Of a DNA stretch of 64,000 bases, positions 24,582 through 35,457 are shown one piece after another (the first letter of the stretch is position 1; each line of letters opens with the position of its first letter). The stretch is from NCBI GenBank assembly GCA_963850905.1, contig CAWKMU010000003.1:1664001-1728000 (forward strand), read 5' to 3'. Below the pieces are notes generated by a model. The model was not told the DNA's origin and searched no databases. It worked only from the letters and a program-made list of their open reading frames with translations. Made by a program: the position numbers and the translations under genes. Source of the stretch: an uncultured Gemmatimonadales bacterium. GTDB taxonomy: Bacteria > Gemmatimonadota > Gemmatimonadetes > Gemmatimonadales > Gemmatimonadaceae.

Positions 24582-25424
24582 TCGCTCCATCAGATCTTCA
24601 AACCGCATCCACTGCTTGTAGAAATACAGATCCACATAGCCGGTGGGACCGTTGCGGTTCTTGAGGGCGAGCAATTCGGTGGCGCCTTCGACGCTCAGGC
24701 CGCCCTGATACATCTCTTCGCGATAGAGACCGAGCACGATGTCGGCGTGCTGCTTGACGGCATGGAGGACGCCGAAGTCGTCGAGCGTCGGCCGCCGGTC
24801 CGAGCGCTCGCGGACGTGCGCGTCGAGATGCGTGACCAGCAGCATGGCGACGCCGAGGTCGACGGCGACGGTCTTGAGCGTACGCACGGCCGACGCCAGT
24901 TCCTCGTCCTGAGCAGTGCGCCCCGTGCTGAGCGTCTGCAGCGCATCGACGACGACCAGCTGCAGATCGCTTCGGGACTTGATCGCCTCGGTGAGTCCCT
25001 CGACACTAGCTGGCAATCGTTCGACCATGGGCGAGACATCGCGCAACCGTAGAGCCGCGGCTCCGACGCTGGCTCTGGTCGCCTCGTCGAGCGATCCCCG
25101 ACGCATGTCGTCGATGCGTGCGCGTCCTTCGAGCGCCAGCATGCGCTCGAGGACCCGATCGGTCGTGGCCTCGCCGGTGAAGAACACCACGGGCACCCCG
25201 GCCAGCGCGGCGCGCAACGCCACCGCAAGGGCGAGCGCCGATTTGCCGCTGCTGACGTCGCCGCCCAGGACGACGAGGTCGCCGCACCGCATCCCGCCAC
25301 CCAGAAACTGGTCGACGCTCGGGAAGCCGGTGGGTACCGTGTCGGTGGGACGCGTCCCGTCCGACCGTGCGTCGATGCGTCGAATGAGTTGCGACAGCGG
25401 TGAGATGTCGGTTGAGCGGGACAC
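24579..25424 (-). CDS. DnaB-like helicase C-terminal-domain protein (no N-terminal domain)
   Basis: [46 protein letters not shown]. Confidence 0.85.
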   Translation of the reverse strand: MSRSTDISPLSQLIRRIDARSDGTRPTDTVPTGFPSVDQFLGGGMRCGDLVVLGGDVSSGKSALALAVALRAALAGVPVVFFTGEATTDRVLERMLALEGRARIDDMRRGSLDEATRASVGAAALRLRDVSPMVERLPASVEGLTEAIKSRSDLQLVVVDALQTLSTGRTAQDEELASAVRTLKTVAVDLGVAMLLVTHLDAHVRERSDRRPTLDDFGVLHAVKQHADIVLGLYREEMYQGGLSVEGATELLALKNRNGPTGYVDLYFYKQWMRFEDLMER

Positions 25425-25533
25425 GAAGCGACCAGCGGTCGATGGACGGGAGAAATCGGGATGGGGTGGTCGGCGTGCGGCCCCCCGGGACTCGGCGAAC
25501 CTCTCGGGCAGGACGACCGACCGAGGGTGTGGG

Positions 25534-25942
25534 TCAGGCGGCTGGCTTGACGACCAGTGCGGCGAGGAGGCGCTCCAACTCCCGCCTGGAGGGCGCATTC
25601 GAGCGAAGCGCCCACGGCGTCGATCAGATTCCGGAGTGTCTGCCGAAGCGCCGGCACATCCCCGTGGCCGGTCGCATCGATAACGCGGGCACAGGCGGTG
25701 CGAGCGCCGACCGGAAGCGTGATCGTCGCCAGCCATGCTCGAGCGCCCGCGACACGGCGGGTGCATGCCTCGACTGGCAGCGCGCGATCCGGCACGATGC
25801 CCACCACGAGATGCGCGCACACCAGGGCCGCGAGCGCGACCTCGCGATCCCCGCCCAACTGGCGCCGCCCGGCGAGGTCAGCGAGGGCGGGCAGGGGGAA
25901 CATTGGCGCCGCAAGGGCGTAAGGCGGGAGAGCGCCGAGCAC
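25534..25942 (-). CDS. Hypothetical protein (one apparent frameshift near 25600)
   Basis: PPYAL..P.FP...LA...GGDREVALA; continues in another frame as APSRRELERLL...KPAA*; TACATT 7 nt upstream of GTG. Confidence 0.55.
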
Positions 25943-25981
25943 CTACACGAATGTAGAGTGCAACGGTACATTCCGCACGAG

Positions 25982-27587
25982 ATGCCATCTTCGTCCGCGT
26001 CCCCGCCGATGCTGCAAACAACCGTCGTTCGCAAGTCCGTGCTGTGGATCGACGATGAGGCTGATCTCTTGCAGTCGCATCGCATATTCTTGCAGCAAAG
26101 CGGGTACGATGTGGAGCTCGCAACCAACGCCGACGATGGCATCGAGTTGCTCCGTCGCCGCGCGTTCGACGTAGTCCTGCTGGATGAGCAGATGCCGGGC
26201 AAGCGCGGACTCGCTGCCTACCGAGAGCTCCGCGAGCTGGCGCCGAATGTGCCCGTGGTGATGGTGACCAAGAGTGAAGAAGACGCGACGCTGACCGAAG
26301 CGATCGGCGCCAACGTCCGCGACTACATCACGAAGCCCATCAATCCGCGCCAGGTCCTCACGGCGGTTCGGCGCATTCTGGAAGGCCCGCGGATCCGGCA
26401 GCAGGCCCTGGCACGGCGATTCGTCGACCGCTTTCGCGCGATCGAGCTCGAGCGGGCGCGCCCGCTTGACTGGCGCGGCTGGATCGAGCGCTATAGCGAG
26501 TTGATGTCCTGGGACGTCGAGCTGGCGGCCGCCGGAGAGATGGGACTGTACGAGTCGTTGCGCGGCCTCTACGCGGACATGCATCGCGAATTCGCGACGT
26601 TCATGGCCACCGCCTACCCTGCGTGGCTGCGCCAGCTCGAGGGGGATCGCCCGCCGCTGTCCGTGGATGTCATCGGCGAGTTCCTCGTCCCGATCCTCGC
26701 TCGTGATCGCGCGGCGGTGTTCATCGTGGTCGACTGTCTGCGACTCGATCAGTGGATGGCGCTCGAGCCACTCCTCGCTCCACAATTCGACGTCGAAGTC
26801 ACCCACCATTTCTCGGTACTTCCGACCGCGACGCCCTACGCGCGGAACGCGCTATTCAGCGGACTGTTCCCGGGAGAGATCGCGGCACGGTTTCCAGATT
26901 GGTGGGGTCCGGGCGTCCGCGACGACGAGACGCTCAATGCACACGAGCGCGAACTCCTGGAGGCCCAGCTGGTCGAGCTGGGGCGCCGCACGCCGGTGCG
27001 CTACGCCAAGATCTCCACCGCGGCGGACTCGGACGATCTCGAACGTCGGTTGCATGCGGCCATCGCCCCCGACGGGGTTTCAGCCTTCGTGTTCAATTTC
27101 GTGGACCTCCTGACGCACGGGCGCAGCGAGTCAGCCATCCTGTACGAGGTCGCCCGCGACGAGATCGCGCTCCGACAACTGACGGTGCAGTGGTTCCAGC
27201 GGTCGGCCCTGCTTGGCGTGTTGAAGGAAGCCGCGCGCCGCCGCATCACGGTGCTCCTGACCAGCGATCACGGCTCGATCCACTGCCAGACGCCGGCGAC
27301 GGTGTACGCCAAACGCGATGCGACCGCGAATCTGCGGTACAAGTTCGGTGAGGACGTGCGCGCTGAGCGTCCGGAACAGGCTCTCCTGTTCCCCGACGCC
27401 GATCGAGCTCCGTCTGCCGCACCGGGCGCTCGGGGCGCACACGCTGCTCGCGGCCGGCGATTCGTTCTTCGTGTACCCGACGAAGCTGCGGGAGTATCAG
27501 AGTCGGTACCGAGGGTCCTTCCTGCATGGCGGGGTCACGCCCGAAGAGGTCATCCTCCCCGTGGCGCTGCTCACACCGCGGCGATAA
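25982..27587 (+). CDS. PorX-like response regulator (REC + PglZ/alkaline-phosphatase-like domain; frameshift near 27400)
   Basis: LWIDDE, LLDEQMPG, MVTKSEE, VDCLRLDQW, LPTATPYARN, TSDHG, FLHGGVTPEE. Confidence 0.88.
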
Positions 27588-27608
27588 CGGGGGCATCGAG
27601 TTCCCGGC

Positions 27609-29649
27609 ATGAGCGCCGCGCCCGTACGGGTGCCGACGACGTCGTCCGACGCGGGATCTGAGACGACCAGTGCGGCCACGGGTCCGGCTGCCTCCATACC
27701 GGCACGCCCTGTAGGTCCCGGGCAGCCTGCGCCTGCTCGGAATACGGGCGGCACGACGGACGGCGAGGCAGGCGCGCCCTCGCAACGCGAGATGTATCGT
27801 CGGCTGCTCGCATTCCTGCGGCCGCACCGCTGGCTCATGGTCTCCGCGATCGGATCCAGCATCCTCGCGGCGGGGCTCGATGGCTTCTCCTTCGCGATGC
27901 TGATCCCCTTCCTCCAATCACTGTTCGGGGATCAACCACTGCCTGTGGGTACAGGGCCGCTGACGCAGTTCCTGAGCGTCACCATCGGATCACTGCTCAA
28001 ACCGGCCGACAAGATGGGGTCGCTGCAGGTCGTGATCGTCATCATCCTCGTCGCGGTGACAGCCAAGAACATCTTCGTGTGGCTCGGCGGCAACCTGGGC
28101 GCGCAGCTACAGGAGTATGTCACGCGCGACATGCGCAACTCGGTGTACGCGCATCTCGGCGAGGTTGCCGCTACCCTATTTCACGCGGACGCGGGGCGGT
28201 CAGATCACCGCCAGGATCCTGGTCGATACGGATCAGACCAAGGCACTCATCACGCAGCTTGTGACGTCCGGGTTCCAGAACATCGCGTTCATCATCGTCA
28301 ACCTCGCGGTGATGTTCGCGATCTCCTGGCGTCTGTCGCTCATCTCTCTCGTCGTTGCCCCTGCGGTCACGGGCATCCTGCAGCCGCTGCTGCGCCGGCT
28401 GCGGAAAAACTACCGGCGGCTGCGGGAAGACTATGGCGAGATGATGAGCGTGCTGCAGGAAGTGGTGGCCGGCATGCGGCTCGTCAAGTCGTTCCGGGGC
28501 GAGCCGTACGAGGAGCAGCGCTTCGACGAGGCGAGCAGTCGGTATTCGCAGGCGCTCGTTCGGGTGACCAAGCTCGCGTTGCTGTCGCAGCCCATCACGG
28601 AGATTCTCGGCACGGTCGTGGCCGCTGGTCTCCTCTGGATCGCCGCGCGCGAGGTGTTGGTCGATCGCACGCTCCTGGGCTCGCAGCTCATCGTCTTCCT
28701 GGCGGTGTTGCTGAAAACGCTGCAGCCGCTCAAGCAGGTGACGCTGATCCCGACGACGGCGCAGGCGTCGTTCGCGGCGGCCGAACGCTTCTTCGAGATC
28801 CTCGACGAGCCGACGGAAACCGCGATCGATCGCGGGACGCGAACGGCGGACGCCGCCTTCGACTCGGTGAAGTTCGACGGCGTGTGCTTTGCCTACGCGC
28901 CAGAGCGCGACCCGGTGCTGATTGATGTGTCGTTCACCGCGCGGCGCGGCGATGTCGTCGCGATCGTCGGGGCGAGCGGCGCCGGGAAGAGCACGCTCGT
29001 CGACCTCATCCCCCGATTCGCAGAGCCGACGGCAGGCCGGATCGTCCTCGGCGGGGTCGATACGCGCGACATCGCGTTGCCTGCCTTGCGGAGCCTCACC
29101 GGGATCGTGAGTCAGGACACGGTATTGTTCAACGACTCCGTACGACGCAACATTGCCTATGGCGGCGACGGGCAGTATAGCGACAGCGAGGTCGAGCAGG
29201 CGGCTCGCGCCGCCAACGCACACGGGTTCATATCGGAGCTCCCGCAGGGGTACGACACCGTACTCGGTGAACGCGGTACGCGGCTGTCTGGTGGGCAGCG
29301 GCAGCGCCTGGCCATCGCTCGGGCGCTGCTCAGGGATCCACCGATTCTCATTCTCGACGAGGCCACGTCGTCACTCGACACCGAGAGCGAGCGCCTGGTG
29401 CAGGAGGCGATCGATCGATTGCTGACCGGCCGCACGGTGTTCGTGATTGCGCACCGCCTGTCGACCGTGGTCCACGCCAACCAGATCCTCGTGCTGGATC
29501 GCGGCCGTGTCGTCGAACGCGGCACGCACGACGAGTTGCTGGCTTTGCGCGGTGCCTACCACCGCCTCTACGCGCTCCAATTCCGGGACGGTGAGGGCGT
29601 CGACGCGGAGGCTCTGGACGGGTCGACCGCCATCGGTAGCTCGAGCTGA
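27609..29649 (+). CDS. msbA: MsbA-like ABC exporter (frameshift near 28165)
   Basis: TM domain plus GASGAGKST, LSGGQRQR, LDEATSSLD; in an operon with an lpxL-like gene. Confidence 0.78.
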
Positions 29650-29652
29650 CTC

Positions 29653-30747
29653 GTGCGCGTCATGTTCTACTACTCCCCGCCGGAGTGGACTGGCAGCGCG
29701 CGCGCGTTTGCGGCCGCGGCGCGTGGGCTGGCTGCGCGCGGGTATCAGGTCACCTTTGTCTGTCCGGGGGACGGCCCGGTCGAGGCACGGGCGGCGGCGG
29801 AAGGGTGCGACGTCATCCCACTCTCCCCTGGCGGATCCCTGCTGCTCCGAAGCTGGCGTCTGCAGCGGATTCTGAGCGAGAAATTCGTCGAGACGGTCTT
29901 CGTCCACACCGAACCTGAGCACATAGCGGTCGCGCTGGCCATGCGTCTGGCAGGACGCGGTGGTGTCGTGCGACGCGTGCCTGCGGGCAGCCGACCGGCG
30001 CTCGGGCGCCGGACCCGGTGGGCCCTTCGACTCGCCGCGGGTGGCTTCGTCTGCACGGATGCCACGGATGTCTTGAGCGTGGAGCACGTACCGCGGGCCC
30101 GTCCGCCGCTCATCGCTGATATCGGAGTTGATACGGAACGCTACGACGAGCTGCGCGCCGTGAGCGCCGCGGCGCTCGGCGGCGGGCCGGGCTCGCGGAT
30201 CGTTGTGTGTGTGTACGAGCCGAGTCAGCGCCCGCGCATGGCCGGCGTGCTGCGCGCCATCGCGCTCCTGGCCCCTCGGCACCCAGAGCTTCACCTCGCG
30301 ATCCTGGGGCCATCGCTCGGACAGGAGGACGTGCGCATGCACGCAGCCGCTCTGGGCATCACGCGCCACATCAGTTATCTCGGCGAGCGCGATGACGACC
30401 TCGCAGTGCTCCGCGCGGCCGAGGTGGGATGGGTGGTCGCTTCCGCTGACAGTGCCGCGTACGCTACGCTGGATTTCATGGCCATGCGCACCGCAGTGCT
30501 GGCGGACCGCGATACGATTGCGGCACGCTACATTGCGGACGGCATTACGGGCGCACTGCTCACGCCGGGCGAGACGTCCGCAACCGCGGCGATCCTCGCC
30601 GGATTGCTGGCCCAGAACGGACAGCGAACGGCGATGGGCGCCGCCGGTCGGGCGCGTGTGGCCCGCGAGTACAAGGAATCGACGATGCTCGATCTGCTCC
30701 AGCAGGCGGCGGATGTGGCGCGGGACCGCTCGCAATGGGCGGGGTGA
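29653..30747 (+). CDS. GT4-like glycosyltransferase with a degenerate E-x7-E motif
   Basis: GT-B-type layout (LAARGYQV, YLGERDD, DGITGAL). Confidence 0.7.
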   Translation: MRVMFYYSPPEWTGSARAFAAAARGLAARGYQVTFVCPGDGPVEARAAAEGCDVIPLSPGGSLLLRSWRLQRILSEKFVETVFVHTEPEHIAVALAMRLAGRGGVVRRVPAGSRPALGRRTRWALRLAAGGFVCTDATDVLSVEHVPRARPPLIADIGVDTERYDELRAVSAAALGGGPGSRIVVCVYEPSQRPRMAGVLRAIALLAPRHPELHLAILGPSLGQEDVRMHAAALGITRHISYLGERDDDLAVLRAAEVGWVVASADSAAYATLDFMAMRTAVLADRDTIAARYIADGITGALLTPGETSATAAILAGLLAQNGQRTAMGAAGRARVAREYKESTMLDLLQQAADVARDRSQWAG

Positions 30748-30756
30748 TCGCGCGGC

Positions 30757-32016
30757 GTGCGCCCCGTGCGGCATCTCTTGATCACCCAGGACTATCCACC
30801 GATGGGCGGCGGGATGGCCCGCCGACATGTGGAGCTCGCCCGGCGCCTGGACTCCGGCGGCGTCACGGTATCGACGGTCGCGGCCGATCCCGTACGCGCA
30901 GCCGATGCCGTGGCATTCGACCGCGGTGAGCCGTACGAGACCGTGCGGCAGCCGTTCCCGTTCCGCGGAGCGAAGACGGTCTTCAATCAGGCGCGCTGGG
31001 CGAGATGGTTGGTTCCTCGAGTGGACGCGAGGCGTCCCGGTGCGGCGGACATCGTTCACTGCGGCAACGTGCGACCCGCCGGCTATCCGACATGGTGGGC
31101 GCACCGTTCGACCGGCGTGCCGTATCTCGTGTACGTCTACGGCGGGGACCTCCTGCGAGAGCGCCGGAAGCTGGCGTCGGCCCCGCCGGAGCAATGGCTC
31201 AAGCGATGGACTGCGCGGCGCATCTTCGAGGACAGCGCGGGGGTCGTTGCCATCTCGGACTGGAGCGCGGCGCTGTGCCGCGACGTCATGGCCCGGGGCG
31301 GCGTGGCACACGCACCGCCGGTCTTGGTCAATCCGTTAGGCACCGACCCGGAGCAGTTTCAGCCCGCGCGCAACACCGGTGCGCTGCGCCAGCGTCTGGG
31401 GCTGGGCGACGCGCCGCTGCTCGTGACCGTCGCACGGTTGGTTCCACACAAGGGCATCAATGTCGCTCTGGCCGCGATGGCGGCGTTGAGTGGCGACCAT
31501 CCGACGCTCCGATACCTCGTCGTCGGCGATGGCGAGGACGCGCCGCGACTCGCCGAGCGCGCGCGAACGCTGGGCATAGCCGATCGGGTGGTCTTCGCTG
31601 GCACGCTCCCGGATGCCGATATCGCCGAGGCCTATGCGACGGCGCAGATCTACGTCGGGCTATCGCGGGTCGATGCAGAGATCAACGCTGAAGGATTCGG
31701 CATCGCGTTCATCGAAGCAGCTGCGAGCGGGATCCCGGTGGTGGCTGGAGACTCGGGCGGTGTCCGCACGGCGGTGCGGGACGGCGAGACCGGCATCGTC
31801 ATCGATCCGATGGACGCGCGCGCCGCGGCGGCGGCTATCGGTCAGCTGCTGCGCGATCCAGAGCGCCGGCAGGCACTCGGACGTGCTGGTCGGCGCGCGG
31901 CCGTGGAATACTTCAACTGGGAACGCGTTGCGCAGGACGTTCGCGAGTTCGCGGCGGCCGCGGTCGCCAATGCCCGGCCGCAGATCGCCTCGGGCATTCC
32001 GATGCTGCACGAGTGA
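30757..32016 (+). CDS. GT4 glycosyltransferase (PimB-like)
   Basis: TQDYPPMGGG, VARLVPHKG, EGFGIAFIEAAASGIPVV. Confidence 0.92.
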   Translation: MRPVRHLLITQDYPPMGGGMARRHVELARRLDSGGVTVSTVAADPVRAADAVAFDRGEPYETVRQPFPFRGAKTVFNQARWARWLVPRVDARRPGAADIVHCGNVRPAGYPTWWAHRSTGVPYLVYVYGGDLLRERRKLASAPPEQWLKRWTARRIFEDSAGVVAISDWSAALCRDVMARGGVAHAPPVLVNPLGTDPEQFQPARNTGALRQRLGLGDAPLLVTVARLVPHKGINVALAAMAALSGDHPTLRYLVVGDGEDAPRLAERARTLGIADRVVFAGTLPDADIAEAYATAQIYVGLSRVDAEINAEGFGIAFIEAAASGIPVVAGDSGGVRTAVRDGETGIVIDPMDARAAAAAIGQLLRDPERRQALGRAGRRAAVEYFNWERVAQDVREFAAAAVANARPQIASGIPMLHE

Positions 32017-32939
32017 TGGCGACAGCGAGCGATGTCCTCGAATATGCCGCCCTCCGTACGGGACTCGGTGCCGCGGCGTGCATTCCGTTGAGTGCGGCGA
32101 GTGCGATCGCGGCGCGGGTTGCGACGCTCGGATATTGGCCGTTGCGCGTGCGGCGCGTCGTCGTCGAATCGCAGCTCGCAGCAGCGTTTCCGGATTGGGA
32201 CCAGAGCGCCGTACGCCGCGTCGCCCGCAAGGCGTACGAGCACCTGGGACGCACCGCTGTCGAAGCCGCGCTTTTGCCGACGCTCTCACACGAGCGCGTG
32301 CTGGCGATGTTCGATGGGGAGGGGGACTGGCCGGTCCTCGTAGAGGCCCTGCGTCGCGGGCGTGGCGTCATCGTCGTCACCGGACACATTGGCAACTGGG
32401 AGCTCGCCGGCGCGTACATCGCTGCGCGTGGGGTCAGCGTCACCGGTGTCGTGCGCCGGATGACCAACCCGCTCTTCGATCGATATCTCACGACCACGCG
32501 CGAGCGGGCGGGCCTGGCCGTCATCGCAGATGATCCGGTCCGGAAAGTGCCACGCTCGCTCAGAAGCGGTCACGTGGTCGCGCTCGTCGCGGATCAGGGC
32601 GTCAAGGGCATGGCCTCGACCTACGTCCCGTTCTTTGGCCGCCTCGCGAAAACTCCTCGCGGGCCCGGGGTCTTCGCGCTCCGACTCGGCGTCCCGCTCG
32701 TCGTAGGTACCGCCATCCGACTGCCCAGCGGCAAGTACCGCGCGCTTGTCGAGCCGGTCGAGGTCGTGGATACCGGCGACCGCGAACGCGACGTCGAGGC
32801 GGTCGTCGCCCGCTACACCGGTGTGTTGGAGCGATGGGTGCGGCAGTATCCCGAGCAGTATCTGTGGCACCATCGTCGTTGGAAGCGACGGCCGGAAGAA
32901 GAGGCACAGCTCGAGAACTACACGCGGAGCAGGGCATAG
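32013..32939 (+). CDS. Lipid A/lysophospholipid acyltransferase (LpxL/HtrB family)
   Basis: GHIGNWE, VADQ, VPFFG, PEQYLWHHRRWK. Confidence 0.9.
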   Translation: MMATASDVLEYAALRTGLGAAACIPLSAASAIAARVATLGYWPLRVRRVVVESQLAAAFPDWDQSAVRRVARKAYEHLGRTAVEAALLPTLSHERVLAMFDGEGDWPVLVEALRRGRGVIVVTGHIGNWELAGAYIAARGVSVTGVVRRMTNPLFDRYLTTTRERAGLAVIADDPVRKVPRSLRSGHVVALVADQGVKGMASTYVPFFGRLAKTPRGPGVFALRLGVPLVVGTAIRLPSGKYRALVEPVEVVDTGDRERDVEAVVARYTGVLERWVRQYPEQYLWHHRRWKRRPEEEAQLENYTRSRA

Positions 32940-34198
32940 TCGCGCGCGCCCTTGCGAAGCAAGAAATACCCTCCGTTCAGCGCCTCGTCACGCGGCAGGG
33001 AGCGATCAGGGCCGCCAAGCTTCCGCCCATTCGCCGATAAGCCGCCCTGCTCGAGCAATCGACGCGCGGCCCCTTTGGACGCCGCCAGCCCCGCCGTCAC
33101 AAACGCGTCCAGGGTATCGATATCGGGGGTCGCGCCGCCGCTCTGAAGCGTCGACGACGGAATCTCTGACGCGAGCGCCGCCAGGGCCTGCGACGAGAGC
33201 GCGCGGGGGTCACCGCGGCCGAACAGCAGCGCGGAGACCTCGACTGCGACGCGAGCGGCCTCTGCGCCGTGCACGCGAGTGGTCACATCGAGGGCGAGAG
33301 CCTGCTGCGCCTCCCGACGCCCCGGTGATTGCTGCATCGCGATGTCGAGCGCCGCAATCTCCTCGCGCGCAAGCAAGGTGAAAAAGCGCAGGTAGCGCCC
33401 CACGTCGCGGTCGTCCGTGTTTACCCAGAACTGGTAGAACTGGTAGGGCGACGTGTGCTTCGCGTCCAGCCAGACGGCGCCCGCTTCGGTCTTCCCGAAC
33501 TTGGTCCCACTCGCCGTCGTCACCAGCGGTAGCACGAGCCCATGGGCCTCGCCGCCGGCCGCACGCCGGATCAATTCAGTCCCGGCCGTGATGTTCCCCC
33601 ATTGATCGCTGCCGCCCGTTTGGAGCGTCACGCCGTCCCTGCGGTACAGCTCGAGGAAATCGTAGGCCTGCAGCAGCATATATGCGAACTCGGTGAAGGA
33701 GATCCCTCCCTCGAGGCGGGTCTTCACCGAGTCCTTGGCGAGCATGAAGTTGATGCTGAAATGCTTCCCGACGTCTCGCAGAAAGGACAAGGTTGGGAGC
33801 GGCACAAGCCACTCGGAGTTGTCCCGCATCAGCGCACCGCGCGGGCCGGAGAAGTCGAGGAACCGTTCGAGCTGCGTGCGAATCGCGCGCGCATTGGCTG
33901 CGATCTGCTCCATGTCGAGCAACGGCCGCTCATTGGCCTTGCCACTCGGATCACCGATCAGCCCCGTGCCGCCGCCGAGAAGCGCCACTGGCCGGTGGCC
34001 GGCGAGCTGGAGGTGCAGCAGACCCATGATTTGAACCAGGCTCCCCACGTGCAGGCTGTCGGCGGTTGGATCGAACCCGCAATAGCCGGTGACGGACCCC
34101 GCGGCCAGCGCGTCGCCTAGACGGTCCGTGCGATCATACAGGAGCCCTCGCCATTCGAGCTCACTGAGCAAGTTGGGCTGAGATGAATTGCTTGTCAC
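32918..34198 (-). CDS. tyrS: Tyrosine--tRNA ligase
   Basis: YCGFDPTADSLHVG, QAYDF, GGSDQWGNI, KFGKT, C-terminal S4-like domain. Confidence 0.97.
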   Translation of the reverse strand: MTSNSSQPNLLSELEWRGLLYDRTDRLGDALAAGSVTGYCGFDPTADSLHVGSLVQIMGLLHLQLAGHRPVALLGGGTGLIGDPSGKANERPLLDMEQIAANARAIRTQLERFLDFSGPRGALMRDNSEWLVPLPTLSFLRDVGKHFSINFMLAKDSVKTRLEGGISFTEFAYMLLQAYDFLELYRRDGVTLQTGGSDQWGNITAGTELIRRAAGGEAHGLVLPLVTTASGTKFGKTEAGAVWLDAKHTSPYQFYQFWVNTDDRDVGRYLRFFTLLAREEIAALDIAMQQSPGRREAQQALALDVTTRVHGAEAARVAVEVSALLFGRGDPRALSSQALAALASEIPSSTLQSGGATPDIDTLDAFVTAGLAASKGAARRLLEQGGLSANGRKLGGPDRSLPRDEALNGGYFLLRKGARDYALLRV

Positions 34199-34334
34199 GC
34201 GAGGCAAAATACGCAGGCGCAATTGCTTGCGCACGGCGGGGCCGAGTCTAGGTTTCCAGAAACCGGCACGAACCGTAGCAACGGGGCGCCTCGAACGGCG
34301 CTGTGCCTAGGTGTCAGGAGCGGTGACAGGGCTT

Positions 34335-34634
34335 ATGGGTGAAGAGACGTACGGCGAGGATCGACGACGGAACCTCGAGCGGTTGCTCCGCACGTTGGCG
34401 GACCGGATCCGTGAGCTGGACGCGAGCGGCGCCCTGTTGGGCCGAGCGAACGAGCTCATGGAGTTGATCGGCGACGTCCGAACGGAACTGTTCCACTATG
34501 AGGTCCGCGCGACGTACGACACGCCGGAGGTCGCCGAGAACCGTCGCATCGTTGCCGAAGCCAAGTCGGATGAGCCAAAGTGGGACCGCTCGGATTGGAA
34601 ACCTGATGACGAGGAAGGGGGAACCAAGTGGTGA
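34335..34634 (+). CDS. Hypothetical protein
   Basis: 99-aa helical ORF overlapping the dsbA start. Confidence 0.6.
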   Translation: MGEETYGEDRRRNLERLLRTLADRIRELDASGALLGRANELMELIGDVRTELFHYEVRATYDTPEVAENRRIVAEAKSDEPKWDRSDWKPDDEEGGTKW

Positions 34635-35425
34635 GTGCTCGTGGAAGTGGCGGTTCGCGCCGAGGTCGAAAGGGCTCCTCCGCTACACCGCGGTCGTCGA
34701 AATCACCGCCCGCGGCCGGCGGCCGGTCGAAGCAAGGTGGGTCAAGTCCGCGGCAGTTTCTCGCCGTGATCATCGTCCTGGTGCTGGCCGGCGGCGCCCT
34801 GCTCGCGTATCTCGCCCGACCTAAGCCCCCAGTCGTCAGCACGGTGGACCCCAACCTCCCGCCCGCCGTTGCCAAGGGCTACGTGCTCGGCCGGCCCGAT
34901 GCGCCCGTCCATATCATGGAGTTCGCGGACTTCGAGTGCCCGGCGTGTGCGAACTACACGGTCGTGACCGAGCCCGACGTCCGGAAGCGCATCATCGATT
35001 CGGGACTCGCACAGGTCACGTATTACGATTTCCCGCTTCCTATGCACAAGAACACGCTGGTCGCGTCCGAGGCGGCGGCCTGCGCCAACGACCAAGGCAA
35101 GTTCTGGGGAATGCACGACCGTCTGTTCCTGGGCCAGGGCGACTGGAACGGTGAAGCCACGAGCGACCCGGCGAAGGTCATGCGAGGCTACGCGAAGGAT
35201 CTGGGTCTCGATGTCGATCGGTGGCAGCAGTGCGTCGACCAGCGCGCCCACGAGCGCGACATCCAGGCCAACAAGGCCGAGGGTGATCGTCATCACATTA
35301 TGGAGACGCCGACGTTCGTTATCGGCAATCGTGTCGTGCCGGGCGCCATCGGCTTCGACGAGCTACGCGCCTACGTCGACAGCGCTCGAGGAGCGGCAGC
35401 CGGTCGTACGACCGCGACGCGCTAA
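34631..35425 (+). CDS. DsbA-family thioredoxin
   Basis: TM anchor, EFADFECPAC, DFPL, TPTF. Confidence 0.9.
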   Translation: MSARGSGGSRRGRKGSSATPRSSKSPPAAGGRSKQGGSSPRQFLAVIIVLVLAGGALLAYLARPKPPVVSTVDPNLPPAVAKGYVLGRPDAPVHIMEFADFECPACANYTVVTEPDVRKRIIDSGLAQVTYYDFPLPMHKNTLVASEAAACANDQGKFWGMHDRLFLGQGDWNGEATSDPAKVMRGYAKDLGLDVDRWQQCVDQRAHERDIQANKAEGDRHHIMETPTFVIGNRVVPGAIGFDELRAYVDSARGAAAGRTTATR

Positions 35426-35457
35426 CTCGTGCGGGACGTCGTGACCGCGGGGCGCCC

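Noticed and set aside
25425..25820. N-terminal extension of the DnaB-like ORF, or the 415-aa ORF 24695-25942
   Set aside because: The extension is not DnaB-like and overlaps a separate upstream gene; the long ORF arises from an indel near 25600
27380..27420. Programmed frameshift in the PorX-like gene (also the msbA-like and NtrC-like genes)
   Set aside because: No slippery heptamer seen, and unrelated indel errors are abundant in this contig
34262..34282. Possible sigma54 promoter CGGCACGAACCGTAGCA
   Set aside because: GG-to-GC spacing is one base too long and the -12 TTGC is absent
34199..34334. T-box leader upstream of tyrS
   Set aside because: No T-box consensus or terminator seen; a -10-like box sits 7 nt from the start codon
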